DNA of 64,000 nucleotides, from positions 167,586,001-167,650,000 of the forward strand of contig NC_042998.1 of NCBI RefSeq assembly GCF_006345805.1, given 5' to 3'. Of the stretch, positions 1-12,460 are shown in pieces. A program made the position numbers and the translations under genes. The notes beneath the pieces are model-generated. The model was not told the origin of the DNA, ran no database searches, and saw only the letters and a program-made list of their open reading frames with translations. Position 1 is the stretch's first letter; each line of letters begins with the position of its first letter. This DNA comes from Octopus sinensis. Lineage: Eukaryota.

Positions 1-1245
1 CAACTATTGATATTAGTTATTATATGCACCAATTCAAGACAAAAAGAAAAAAAGAGCAACAGAACTACATATGTGACTCGAATCACCAATGTATCATCCG
101 CTTGATATCGTATACTGTTTACGCAAGAGAATGCTTGCCATTTCCTCATCTCAAATTCGAGACTAACAATAGATACGTATTTCAAGCACCGTCAATGTTT
201 TGTTCTTTCGTTTCAAACTGGTGATAAATAACAACACTAATATCAGTGTTGTTATTAACAGTCTGTATTCCGCCAGCCTGTTTTGGTTTATTCCTTCAAT
301 AAAGCACTTCAATAATTAGGCTCAGAATATCGTGCTAATATTGTGGACTCCGCCAAAACGCCATATGATATTCAATAAAGATACTCGAGTAATTATTGTT
401 TATGTTTATCCCTATTTTATATATAATCTATTGGAATAACTAGGGAAAGGCGATGGAATGGTCCACTCCTGGTGGACGTTTTTTAGGAAGCGGCAATTTT
501 AGGTCTGCTCTATAAGCCTGTATGGACTATATTGGTAAGAAAATGGCGGCAAGCTGAAGAGTTACCCCAGGCGGCACATACACTTGTGACGCCACAGGCA
601 GGCTTGTGATTAAAGGTTTTCCAGTTGTGATTAAGCACTTTCTCTGTTTGATTGTTATTGTTGTTCTTTTTCATAAGATGATTTATTTATTACTTTATTA
701 TCCTATGTGCCCTTTTCAATACGTAAGGGGGTGATTTCAGAGATCTATTGACTATTTCAGTTAGGCTGATCGACCATTTAGAAGCTCACCCTTTTTACAC
801 AGTTAATTTGATTTGGTGGGATCTTAATAACTTATTCAAAGAGCAAACCTGTCGCGCTGATCTGACAACAACATCTTCCTATACTATCAAGCGGCTTAGC
901 GAGGAGTGTAAGGACCCTTTCTGAAAGGAACGTGCAAATCTAATAACTTAGCTTGATTTACTCCTCTTAATTAAGCGGAGATAACAATTATTAATTGAAT
1001 GTGTCACATATCTCATATATCAAATGACATGTTATCATTATTTTCATAATTATAGTCGTATTATTTCATTTTGTTGGTGATGGTGGTGACAGCGTCGCAG
1101 TGGATGTCGTTCGTATTGTTATCATTGTTTACAAGAGAACGACAGCGATGACAGAACCAATGAATTATATTCCTTTATATTTCATGTTCTTAAATCGTCG
1201 TTTCCGTCTAATTTGTTGTTGTATCTTTGCTGTGCAAGACAACAA

Positions 1246-1377
<132 letters not shown>

Positions 1378-1768
1378 TGTGATAACAACAATCATTTAAT
1401 AAACACAAGATTTCAATGTGGGCTACTATAAGTTTCGTGTTCTGTTAGCAGAGTAGTCGGATATACATGCACAGCGCATAATAGCGGCTGATAGGCACGT
1501 TGCTTGGCAGTAGAAATGGCTTGTCGAGGTTTTGTGGGGGCGTTCATTCTTCAACGCTCTTAGTGGCCTAGGAGTTACTGGTACAGCAAAATGGAGGCTT
1601 ACAATTCCATCCCAGAAGCTGCATAATTGAAATTTACTAGATGGGTTTCGTTAAAGGGAGAAACTAGGACTTGATCAACCACAGCTGGCTTGACTGGCTA
1701 GGGGTGTGATGATGAAAGACCAGACTCCCGCGACCCTAGAAATATCACTGACGAAGCATATATATATA

Positions 1769-1805
<37 letters not shown>

Positions 1806-1807
<2 letters not shown>

Positions 1808-2006
1808 TTTCCGCCATGATAGATCGCTAGCCACTACACATTCTTTATTTTCTCTCCTTGTTTCTTTCGGTGTTCCTTTCTGTGGAAGAGCGTAGGCTCG
1901 AAACGTTAAAGACTTTTTCACTTCCCGAGCATTAAACTAATACATCTGTTTGTCTAAACCACCTGTCTTCGTCTTTTGTCTTGTTTTTTTTTTGTGAATT
2001 CTCCCT

Positions 2007-2008
<2 letters not shown>
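1806..2008 (+). mobile_element. Solo Penelope-type pseudo-LTR (pLTR) with HHR-like motif
   Basis: GCCATGATAGATCG...GAAGAGCGTAGGCTCGAAACGTTAAAGAC...GTGAATTCTC recurs at about 6490-6700 and 10305-10522. Flanked by (TA)n tracts. PLE assignment is inferred from the HHR-like motif. Confidence 0.7.
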
Positions 2009-2038
<30 letters not shown>

Positions 2039-2048
2039 TGTATGTATG

Positions 2049-2104
<56 letters not shown>

Positions 2105-2127
2105 GTATGCATGTATATATTTTATAC

Positions 2128-2505
2128 ATCCCATATTGAAATGCCCCTCATACGCAATCAGATGCGTTGGGCGGGGCTCCTAACAAGAATGCAGGACTAC
2201 AGGTTATGGGGAATTGTAACATGGAAAACGTCCGGAGCGTAAACGCAAAAAAAAAAATACGCTTTAGGATTGCCGTCAAGAGCAACCTTAAGATGAGGAA
2301 AATCAGGCGGTTTGGAAAAAGTGATCTACAATGGCTGTAAAGCATTTGAAAGTGAAAATCGAAGAATCCATCAAGAAACAGGCGTTTAGTAAATAGGTCT
2401 TGACTGCAATCACAAACACTTCTGCATGAAAATGTTCGTAACATTCGTTTGTGCAAATCCGGACTTACCAGCCATTCAAGATTTGATGACGGCTTTAATT
2501 CACTA
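2128..2505 (+). pseudogene. RTE (BovB-like) LINE 3' fragment, frameshifted
   Basis: Translates to IEMPLIRNQMRWAGLLTRMQDYR...YNGCKAFESENRR...CKSGLTSHSR, matching the RTE C-terminal pattern (LRWAGH..RM.D.R.PK; GL.SH.R). Confidence 0.8.
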
Positions 2506-2539
2506 ATTGAAGAGCTATATATATATATATATATATATA

Positions 2540-2711
2540 AACGACGGGCTTCTTTCAGCTTCCGTCTATTAAATCCACTCATAAGGATTCAAGGATTTAG
2601 CCGAACTGAAGATATACTAGATGACACTTGCCAAAGGTGCCATGGAGTGGGACTGAGCACGGAACCATATGAAGGGGAATAAACTTCTTCCCACAGTGAC
2701 AAGCCTGCACC
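2540..2711 (-). mobile_element. tRNA-derived SINE, 5' part
   Basis: Reverse complement of the family head seen at 3444 (..GGTTCCG.G.TCAGTCCCAC...GGCAAGTGTC...ACGGAA.CTGAAAGAAGCCCGTCG). Confidence 0.85.
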
Positions 2712-2869
2712 TATACATACATACATACATACATACATACCTATACATACATACATACATACATACATACATACATACATACATACGTACGTACGATACA
2801 TACATACATACATACATACATACATACATACATACATACATACACGCATGAACACATATGTATGCACGC

Positions 2870-2900
<31 letters not shown>

Positions 2901-2999
2901 CATATATGCACTCATATATACAAATATAAATATGCACTCATATATTTAAATATATATGTATATATGCACACACATATATATATAAATATACATATACTC

Positions 3000-3330
3000 C
3001 TACTTGACGGGCAAATAACAACATGACCACCCAAACTCAAGATCTTTAGCGAGACACCTGTTTATGTATGGATGTATCTGATGTGACCCAGACTGCAAAA
3101 TGGTTGCAACACATGTTGCACGGAGTCGTACCCATAAGGGACAGTAGCAGGATGGGTCGAAACGATCGTCGTACGAAATAAAGGCTATTACCAAATCCAT
3201 CTTCTGGTTACTTAATCAATTATTATTATCTCAACTCACGCTGCGGAATTTCTGAAGTAGATCCAACGGAAATATACCCCAACTGCTTCATCATCAGGTT
3301 GCCCAAATGCTTCATCACACTAATCGAAAT
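3000..3330. mobile_element. Putative PLE pLTR relic with two convergent HHR-like motifs
   Basis: The + strand motif at 3126-3176 is followed by AATAAA. The - strand motif at 3232-3301 has a CTGATGA core. Confidence 0.5.
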
Positions 3331-3443
3331 ACAGCCATTAGTTCAAAATATTAAATATATACACGTATATACGTGTGTGTGTATGTGTGTGTGTGTGTGT
3401 GTCTGTGTGTGTGTGTCTGTGTGTGCGTGTCTGTGTGTGTATA

Positions 3444-3838
3444 AGCGCAGGAGTAGCTGTGTGGTAAGTAGCTTCCTTACCAACCACATGGTTCCGGGTT
3501 CAGTCCCACAGCGTGGCATCTTGGGCAAGTGTCTTCTACTATAGCCCCGAGCCGACCAAAACCTTGTAAGTGGATTTTGTAGACGGAAACTGAAAGAAGC
3601 CTGTTGTACATATATGTATATGTGTGTGTATGTGCTTGTGTCTGCATTTGTCCCCCCACCATCGCTTGACAATTGGTGTGTTTATGTCCCAGTGACCTAG
3701 CGGTTCGTCAAAATGAACCGATAGAATAAGTACTGGGCTTACAAAGAATAAGTCCTTGGGTTGATTTGTTTGACTAAAGGCAGTGCTCCAGCATGGCCGC
3801 AGTCCCATGACTGAAGCAAAGAAAAGAATAAAAGAATA
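3444..3838 (+). mobile_element. Near full-length composite tRNA-derived SINE (octopus type)
   Basis: Head GCGCAGGAGTAGCTGTGTGGTAAG...GGTTCAGTCCCAC, central GT-rich tract, tail CCAGCATGGCCGCAGTC..ATGACTGAA..AAAAGAATA. Many paralogues in the window. Confidence 0.9.
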
Positions 3839-3884
3839 TAAGTGTGTGTGACTGTCTGTCTGTCTGTTTGTCTGTGCGTTAATA

Positions 3885-3946
3885 TATATTATGTATGTAT
3901 TTATTATATATATGTATATGCACACCATATATATGTAATATATATG

Positions 3947-4011
<65 letters not shown>

Positions 4012-4021
4012 TATATATATA

Positions 4022-4081
<60 letters not shown>

Positions 4082-4150
4082 GTACATACATACATACATA
4101 CGTACATACATACATACGTACATACATACATACATACATATATGTATATT
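3885..4150. repeat. Compound (TA)n/(CATA)n microsatellite
   Basis: Read directly. Confidence 0.97.
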
Positions 4151-5017
4151 ATCACTGTATTCGTTATTTGAATCCTATATTTAGTCTTCTTGTCCCCCCC
4201 TTTACACACACTCGCACATATGAAACGCTGCGCTGTCTCTTCTCTCTTTCTCTCATTCAGTCTTCTTTACATTCTCCCGCTCCTTTTCTCTCCCCTTCCC
4301 TCCCTTCCTCTCCCTCCCTCTCTCTCTCCCTCTCTCTCTCTCTCTACCACTCTCTCTCTCTACTCTCAACCCCATCCAGTCACTGATTCCTTTATTTATA
4401 AATAACTTCCACACCACATTAGGTCAAGCACAAACACTGAATTTCTTATTTTGGACCCAAAATTATTTTGACATTTCCTCTTTCTTTTTAAGTAACTGAA
4501 CAATCCAGACTGATTTAAACCGTGTTTTTTTTTTTTTTACCCCTTTTTTTCTACATTTTTGTCATTGTTCAACAGGTGTTCACCTGCCTGGGGCCCTTCG
4601 AACTCGCCTAAGGAAAACAAAACAACTGGCGTGTGTTTGTGTGTGTGTGTGCGTGTGTATGTGTGTATGTGTATGTGTGTGTGCATGGTTGGCCATATGT
4701 TTGTGAATATGTTACGTGCATGAGTATGACACCTTTTGTTAGATTTGTGCCAGGTCTGAATATTGCGCTTGTCATCTTCGCGTTTCTTCTAAATACCTTT
4801 TCCCTATCATATAAAGAAAATGACATTAAATATTCGTTCATGCAGTGTCAAGCATACGTGGCACCTATACACGGACACAAATATGTACACACGTGCTCGA
4901 AGGACTCAAAAGAAAATACACACTACATCATTCACAGATACACTGACACGGCAACCACGCATGCACACACACACACACACACACACATTTATATATATAT
5001 ATATACATATATATATA

Positions 5018-5227
5018 TGAAAAAACAACACAGCTCCCATGACTTTCGGAAACATTTTTTCACGCTCAGAGTTGCTGAACCATGGAACAAACTGCCTGCG
5101 TCAGTTGTTGACTGCCATGACACTGCATCCTTTAAGGCCCTCATGCTTTCCGAAATCCGCCGAAACTACACCTGATTATACATACACTTTAGATGAGTTG
5201 TAGTGCACCTGAGCACTGTACACAATG

Positions 5228-5273
<46 letters not shown>
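5018..5273 (+). mobile_element. LINE (CR1/L2-group) 3' end with (TTA)n tail
   Basis: The frame reads FRKHFFTLRVAEPWNKLPASVV...ASFK (the F..RV...WN.LP..VV motif), followed by a short UTR and (TTA)n at 5230-5273. Confidence 0.85.
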
Positions 5274-5805
5274 GAGTGAGAGAGCAGTTCATGCCATCAA
5301 AGTGGCACTGGGGTAAAATATACGAAGCCCAATATACCCATCATGACTACCCGTCTGATAAAGGTACACCAGGCACATGCATCACAACCATATGTGCGCG
5401 ACATGGTGATCTCATATCAAGATAAACAGCACATGACCTTGCAGGTGGGGCCCAGTTAGAATTTTCTTCAGGTTGAGTAGCCCATCCCGCTCAAACGGTC
5501 CCTGAATAAGGGTTGTTTAAGGATGTTGAAAGAACCACCCATGTTTCCAGAGGTGAACTATTCAAACCCCAAAGAATCCCTCTCAACACATGGCTATGAT
5601 GCTCCCCTACTACTTCTGCTCGTGATCAGAGATGCACATATTAACAACTGGTTAAGGTCAAACAACTGACAAGCAAATCTGTGGTATTGAGCAGAATATT
5701 TGCTGTAGCCCATCTTTATACCAAGACAAAACAATGTACATGATAACACTTCCAATCAGTTAAGATCAGAAGCCACGAGAGCCACTGCCTGGTACTGCAT
5801 CAGGC
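5274..5805. mobile_element. ~550-bp dispersed repeat flanked by (ATT)n on both sides
   Basis: GAGTGAG...GGTACTGCATCAGG. Near-identical to 47110-47663; this copy has a ~25-nt deletion near 5641. Confidence 0.9.
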
Positions 5806-5823
5806 ATATTATTATTATTATTA

Positions 5824-5854
<31 letters not shown>

Positions 5855-5917
5855 TATTATTATTATTATATATGCATATATATATATATATATATATCTA
5901 TATATATATATATATAT

Positions 5918-6004
<87 letters not shown>

Positions 6005-6159
6005 TATTGCGAGGAAAGGGATGGCCTCCCTTTGCAAATACTTCAAGCACTGAAAGGGTATCTAAAGCCAGCTGGAGACGATGATCTCCTGGGGCTAAAA
6101 GCTACAGTAAAACCCCCCACTTTGTGGTTAGCCATATTGAGATGGCTTTTATACTTTAC

Positions 6160-6201
<42 letters not shown>

Positions 6202-6202
<1 letters not shown>

Positions 6203-6372
6203 TTTTATTTGTTTCAGTCCTTTGACTGTGGTCATGAAGGACCACCGCCTTAAAGGGATGTAGTCGAAGAACCGACCCCAGAACTTATTCTTTGTAAGCC
6301 TAGTACTTATTCTATCGGTCTCTTTGGCTGAACCGCTAAGTTTTGGGGACATAAATACACCAGCAACGATTG
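6202..6372 (-). mobile_element. SINE 3' portion, truncated at the MITE
   Basis: Reverse complement of the tail of the 3444 family. Confidence 0.85.
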
Positions 6373-6378
6373 TCAGAC

Positions 6379-6489
6379 GGAGGTAAAGAGTACGCACACC
6401 ACCGTTTTCGGCATGACAAAAACCCTAACCCTAACCCTAAACCCTAATCCTCACCCTAACCCTAAACACCGGGTGTGCGTATTCTCTCC
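6379..6489. mobile_element. Merlin-like MITE enclosing (CCCTAA)n telomeric-type repeats
   Basis: Termini GGAGGTAAAGAGTACGCACACC / GGTGTGCGTATTCTCTCC. Flanks TGTCAGAC (6371-6378) and CGTCTGAC (6490-6497) match at 6 of 8 positions. About 7 CCCTAA-like units lie at 6423-6465. Confidence 0.6.
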
Positions 6490-6700
6490 CGTCTGACCAT
6501 TCTGTCGGAGTCAAACGCCATGATAGATCGTTAGCTACTACACACATTTTTTTCTCTCCTTGTTTTTTTCTGTGTATCTTTCTGTAGAATAGCGTAGGCT
6601 CGAAACGTAAAAGACTTTTTCTATGTATACTAATACATCTGTTTGTTTGTACACCACATCCCTTCGTCTTTTGTTTATTTTCGTAAATTTTCCCTTTATA
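6490..6700 (+). mobile_element. Penelope-type pLTR (same family as 1806-2008)
   Basis: High similarity to 1806-2008. HHR-like motif at 6577-6614. Confidence 0.7.
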
Positions 6701-6708
6701 TAAGATAA

Positions 6709-6774
<66 letters not shown>

Positions 6775-6778
<4 letters not shown>

Positions 6779-8430
6779 ATAATAGTATGGTAAGACAACA
6801 AAAGAAGTAAAGGGACCTCGATATTATGTAAATAGAGGAATGTATCTGTAATATAACTATGTGACGATTATTCGGTTGCCATAATATAACTCCGAGTTTC
6901 GAATGTCGGGGCGGAAATCTGCACCGGTATCTCTTCAGTTATCCAGGCAATTAAAATGACTGCTAAACAAAGGGAAATTACTATGTAATTGACCATTATT
7001 AAGGCTAAAGAGCTATTAGAATGACCGTTAAATAAGGGAAAAATTCCAAGGGGAGGAACTAAAAAGTAAAGGGGTAAAAATGCTCAGCAATCGCCTATGC
7101 GCGCATGTACATGCGTAAACATGCGCGCACGCACACCCACGTACATGTGCCTATATGCATATCTCACTCAGACTTGCATGAAACACACGCATGTATCCTT
7201 AGATTTAAATAAGAATAATTACAAACCTTATAGGAAGTCAACAATAGACTTAGTTATATTAATATAGGTTCCTGCCATCCCCCATAGTGTTTAAAAATTT
7301 AGATAAAAACATTAGCAAAAGAATTTCTAACCTCTCCTCCGATAGGGACATTTTTTATAGCGTTGCCCCAGTATATAATAAAGCTCTAAAAGATAGTGGT
7401 TTTAGCGAGGAAATAACCTATACACCTGTCACCAGTTTAGTAATAAAGAAAAGGAAACATAGGAATAGGAAAACCCTCTGGTTCACACACCCCTACTCCC
7501 CCGAAGTGACCTTTAATATAGGCAAGTATTTCTTAGCACTTTTAGATAGACGTTTTCCAGTCAACCATAGTTACAGAAAGCTCTTCAATAGACATAACTT
7601 AAAAATCAACTACTAATTTTAAAAATATAATCACACACAACACACAAAAACCACAAAATGAAGGATAAAAATTTGTGCCCGCTAAATGGAGCTTGCATGT
7701 TGGAGACCATCATTTATGAAGCCACCATGGACTCTACAACCACTAAGGACACAGCTTCGACAAAGAAATATGTGTGCCTGACAGAGGGGAATTTCAAGGC
7801 CAGGTTCAACAATCACACCTTGAGCTTCAGCTGAGATAAAAGGAAAACGACCAAATTTCCCAGTCACATATGGTCCTTAAAAGATAAAGGTGTCAGTTAC
7901 AACATCCAATGGAAGATCTTAGCCAAGTGTAAGCCTTACACCAACGGCAGTGGAAAGCGCGGTCTTTGTGATATGGAAATATGGCTCATTTGTAAAAGCA
8001 GCTTAGACCCCCACTACATGTCTAAATTCAAGAACTGAACTTTTTGGATCATGTCCATATGTGGCTAAATATTGTTACGTTTTTGGTCCCCCCAAAATCA
8101 CAGATAGAACTTGCTTTTTATATTGTGTCCACGTTCAAGTTTTTTTTATCTCTCTATACTTTTTATATATATTTCTTATATATTTTTTACATATTTTAAT
8201 ATTTTTATTGCTTTATATATTTTCCCACATTTTTCCTTGTATTTTACCTTCCAGTCTGCATTTGCGTATATAGACGTGTATATGAATTTTTGTGCGCGCG
8301 CGTGTGTGTGTGTGCGCGGTGTGTATATATGTACATGTGTATGGTTGCATATATACATGGGCGTACATGCGATTGTTCCACGCGAGTGTAAGTGAGCATA
8401 TGCATATATAGCATGTACGTATTTTAGACG
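6775..8430 (+). mobile_element. 5'-truncated Penelope-like element with inverted pLTR
   Basis: 6775-7190 is an inverted pLTR; its 7135-7190 part matches the sense 3' UTR at 8365-8420. Coding remnant at 7197-8107. Paralogue at 30229-31756. Confidence 0.88.
7197..8107 (+). pseudogene. Penelope RT C-terminus plus GIY-YIG endonuclease, disrupted
   Basis: VSLDLNKNNYKPYRK...GSCHPP.VFKNL.KNISKRISNLSS...YNKALKDSGF; then CPLNGAC...IYEA...YV.LTEG.FKARFNNH...IQWKILAKCKPY...LNSRTELFGSCP. Confidence 0.9.
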
Positions 8431-8439
8431 TGAATATAT

Positions 8440-9617
8440 ATGCCTATCTCTCTGATTTCATACAACAGCAAAGTCATGGAACGAAAATTTGAAGAAAACG
8501 ACTTGCCGAGTGATACCCAGCATAGTTTTCGACCAGGTAGGAGCTGTCTGATCCAGAAATTGTGTAGTTTTGGCACAGCTGGAAAACTTGTCGGGTGGTT
8601 ACAGGACTTTCTGAAAGATAAAAGTCAGACAGAGCTGGCCAATGGAGCCACCTCTAAGAAAACACAAATAGTGAGTGGTGTTCCACAAGGCACTGTCTTG
8701 GGACCACTGATTTTCATAGTGGCCCTCTCAGATATACCCTCAGCTGCCCGGATGGCCACCTTGCTAGCTACGCAGATGATACGAAAGTCTTGCAGAAAAT
8801 ACAAAACCATAACGATGTTGCACACCTGCAGCAGGAGCTGGACACAATTTACAGATGGGCAGAGAACAGTAACATGCAGTTTAATGCTGGAAAATTCCAA
8901 GCCCTGAGCTACCATCACCCAAAACTGAACCTTGAAGGGGTACACTGGCCCAGGGGTGATTACAATCCCCAAACCGAAATCAGTGCGTGGCCTGAGTATC
9001 GACATAAGATTACCAAGATGGCGACAAAGACAGCTGGCTGGTTGGATCCTGAGAACGTTCAGAACCAGAGAGAAGGAAACCATGATAGTCCTCTAGAGGA
9101 AATTCGTCCTCAGCTGCCTTGACTACTGCTCCCAACTATGGTCACCCCGCAGTGTAAAATTAACAGCGAACCTTGAAGCAATCCAGCAAAGCTTCACAAG
9201 GAAGGTGTCTCATTGCAACAGCTCAGCTACTGGGAAAGACTGAAACAGATAAGATTCTACTGCCTGGGGCGAATGCGGGAGAGATATGCAGTAATATACA
9301 ATTGGAAGATACTGGAGGGTATTGTGCCAAATTTTGACATTCAAAGCCACACAAATGCCAGAACGGGTCGCCACTGCACAGTGTCAAAGATCCCAACAAT
9401 GCCGTCGTCCTTCAGGACCAGTTACTGCAACAGCCTGGGTTTCAACGGCCAACAGCTTTTTAATATTCTCCCAAAGAACCTGAGGGACCTACACAAAGTG
9501 GACGTAGGTGTTTTCAAAACAAAACTGGATCTCTTCCTGTCGAGAGTCCCAGATGAACCTACCTCGCGGCAGGAACCGCAAATGAGGGCAGCGGCACCTG
9601 CTGGTCGACAATCTTAG
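8440..9617 (+). pseudogene. CR1/L2-group LINE reverse transcriptase and 3' end, internally deleted and frameshifted
   Basis: QHSFRPGRSC, SGVPQGTVLGPLIF, SYADDTK (about 8765-8790), W...MQFNAGK, L.YWERLK, GQQLFNILP and PDEPT motifs. Confidence 0.92.
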
Positions 9618-9729
9618 CTAATACTTCATGGAAAATGTCCACAAGGGTACATTTCCTGCAGTCATTATTAATGTAGATAACCAACACAGATATTCTTCCC
9701 CAATTTTATTAAGCCAATTCAACAGAGGT

Positions 9730-10512
9730 GAATATGTTTCATCTAACCCTCCTTCCCCTTTTCTCTCTTCCTCTCACACCTACTTCCTCCCACACACCTC
9801 TCCTCTCTTGCTCCGACTCCTACTTCTTCTCTTCACTCCCACTCTCCTTCTCTCTTCTCTTCACTGCTACCCGTCTTCTCCCTTCATCCTCTCCCTTCAA
9901 CGTCACCCCTCCCTCGTAACCCTACCCCGACATATCAAACCCCACCTTTCCTATCCATCCCACCTCACCCCATCCCTTACACTCACTCCCACATACCTCA
10001 CCTCTACCCCCACCCTCAGCCTAACCCACACCCCAACCTTGCTTTCCCCACTCTCGCATCCCCTACATCCCAACACTACCACACTACACCACACACCACC
10101 ACACCAAACACCGCCATACCACATAACTCCACACACACTAGCACTGACCACTTCCCACCCCACACCATCATCCACACACCTACACATGCACACACGCACA
10201 CGTCAAGGTCACCAGCCGTCTTCCACACGAACATGCATGCTCTCTTATACTCACGCACGCGCACCTTCGTTTTGGGATCACCACTACTTTATTATCTCCC
10301 CTTCATCCTAGCACTCCCGTGTGACCCCTCTGTCCGGCACTCGCTATGATAGATCGCTAACCACTATACATTCTTTATTTTCTCTCCTTGTTTCTTTCTA
10401 TGTTTGTGTGGAAGAGCGTCGGCTCGAAACGTTAAAGACATTTTCACTTCCCGAACGTTAAACTAATACATCTGTTTGTTATCTACACCACCTGTCTTTG
10501 TGTTTTGTGTTT

Positions 10513-10522
<10 letters not shown>
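9730..10522 (+). mobile_element. C/CA-rich tract followed by a Penelope-type pLTR
   Basis: 10305-10522 matches 1806-2008, with an HHR-like motif at 10401-10437. The preceding pyrimidine/CA-rich tract resembles the one upstream of the - strand copy at 16490-16900. Confidence 0.6.
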
Positions 10523-10562
<40 letters not shown>

Positions 10563-10595
10563 TATATATATATATAATATATCTATATATATATA

Positions 10596-10636
<41 letters not shown>

Positions 10637-10670
10637 CATACATACATACATACATACATACATACATACA

Positions 10671-10702
<32 letters not shown>

Positions 10703-12460
10703 CGTGCATATACACATATACAGAATTGTACAAACAGAGAATTTCCAGAAATTAACAATTAATTTCACAGAAAATTGAATTTTCACGCTTAAGGACATAT
10801 TACATTTATTCTGTTGGATATATGAACAATGTAACTAATTCTTTTTGCTCGAGTTTGTCAAACTGACATAAAATATTTTCACCCCATACTTCATGCTCGA
10901 ATCTCTAGAGACAGGAACAGTATCGCACTACAAAGATTTGAAAAAGACTGGAAACCTTATTATAGTCGTTCAACCTGCTAGAAATAGATGAAAATCTTAG
11001 CTGGAATCACATCTCTTAATGTGAAATGATAGATTTGACAAAGTATATTCATTGATAGGCAAAATACAGGGTAGTTACAGCTAGAATGCATTTGATTGTA
11101 TGTCACATTGCTCGAGTTTCACCTGAGATTAAACGGTAATAACTACATTATATCTCCTAACGAATAACATTTCATCAAGGAAGTAAGTGAGCGTGCACAA
11201 ACAATAAAAACAATAGAGAAGTCAAGGGTGTCGTTGGAAATTAGAGGAACGCTCAAAATTATGAAATTAACTATTCTATGAAACAGAACTGTTGCATAGT
11301 TTGTATTTTCTAAATATTCTTATAAAAACATAAAACTTTTTATATATAAAGTCTCACGAAGCAGCTTTGAATAAAATATAGTGTCATTCAAATCCCAATA
11401 TGTATATTCATCCATGCTCTTTGGGAAGAGAAATTTCTTCTGGGGCTAATTCCGCTGTGAAAGATATTCTTACGTTCGAATATACTTGAACGTGCCAAAT
11501 ACTACTTTACACGTATATATTTTATTCAGCACCTCTTCGTGTGGCTATATTTAATTCTGACTTGATTAAACTTACGCACATCAACAAACTTAGCATATAT
11601 GATACTAATATAAGAATTTTTTCGTTCTGATCGGGCTGTGAAATACGGATTGAGAGTTCTTTTGAGACTAATTCTGCAACAGGAAGTTTTTTAATGTTCG
11701 AATGTACTCGAACATGTTAAATGTGATTTTACAGGAATATATTATACTTTGTAAGTTTTAGTGGGGGATATATGGTCGTGCACCCTGTTTAACAGAACCA
11801 TCTGGTTATTGAGCACATAGTGTAGTATAATATGATGCAAGTATACACACCAAGATAGATATTCACCAATATAAACAGACATACACCACCACCAACACTA
11901 CTTATATCATGTATACACAAGTTACCTACTTAATGCGTATAACTGCCATACAAACACGAAGTAAAGCAACTAAAGAGAGATCAACGTAAAGGACACAGTT
12001 GTGTGGAAATTAACATTGTCAAACGGAAAAGTTGTTTAATTGAATAATCAATAATAAGAAGTCGAGTATTGTGGATGGATGCTTTTGTTGACAGCACAAC
12101 CTTTGCAAAGAACAACATTTGTTTCAGCGTACACATTCAGATCATGAATTTTACGAAACAGATACATAAAGAATTTTACACACACACACATACACACATA
12201 CGCACGCACACATACACACGCACACATACACACACACATACTCACACACATACGCACGCACACACATACACACACATATACGCAGGCATGCATATATGCA
12301 CACACTCACATGTATATATCTGTATATATATTTATGTATGCATATGTATGTATGTATTTATGTATAAATAAATAAATATATACACACACACACATACACA
12401 CACACACACATATATATATAGCAAAGTAAAGTTTTAAGGTACCGCACGAGTGGAAATATA

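Noticed and set aside
440-650. GC-richer patch with short open frames (e.g. LLYKPVWTILVRKWRQAEELP)
   Set aside because: Frames are short and stop-bounded, with no recognisable domain or convincing splice sites.
1715-1750. ATGATGA...GAAATATC as an HHR
   Set aside because: The core lacks C3/U4, and neither stem I nor stem II pairs.
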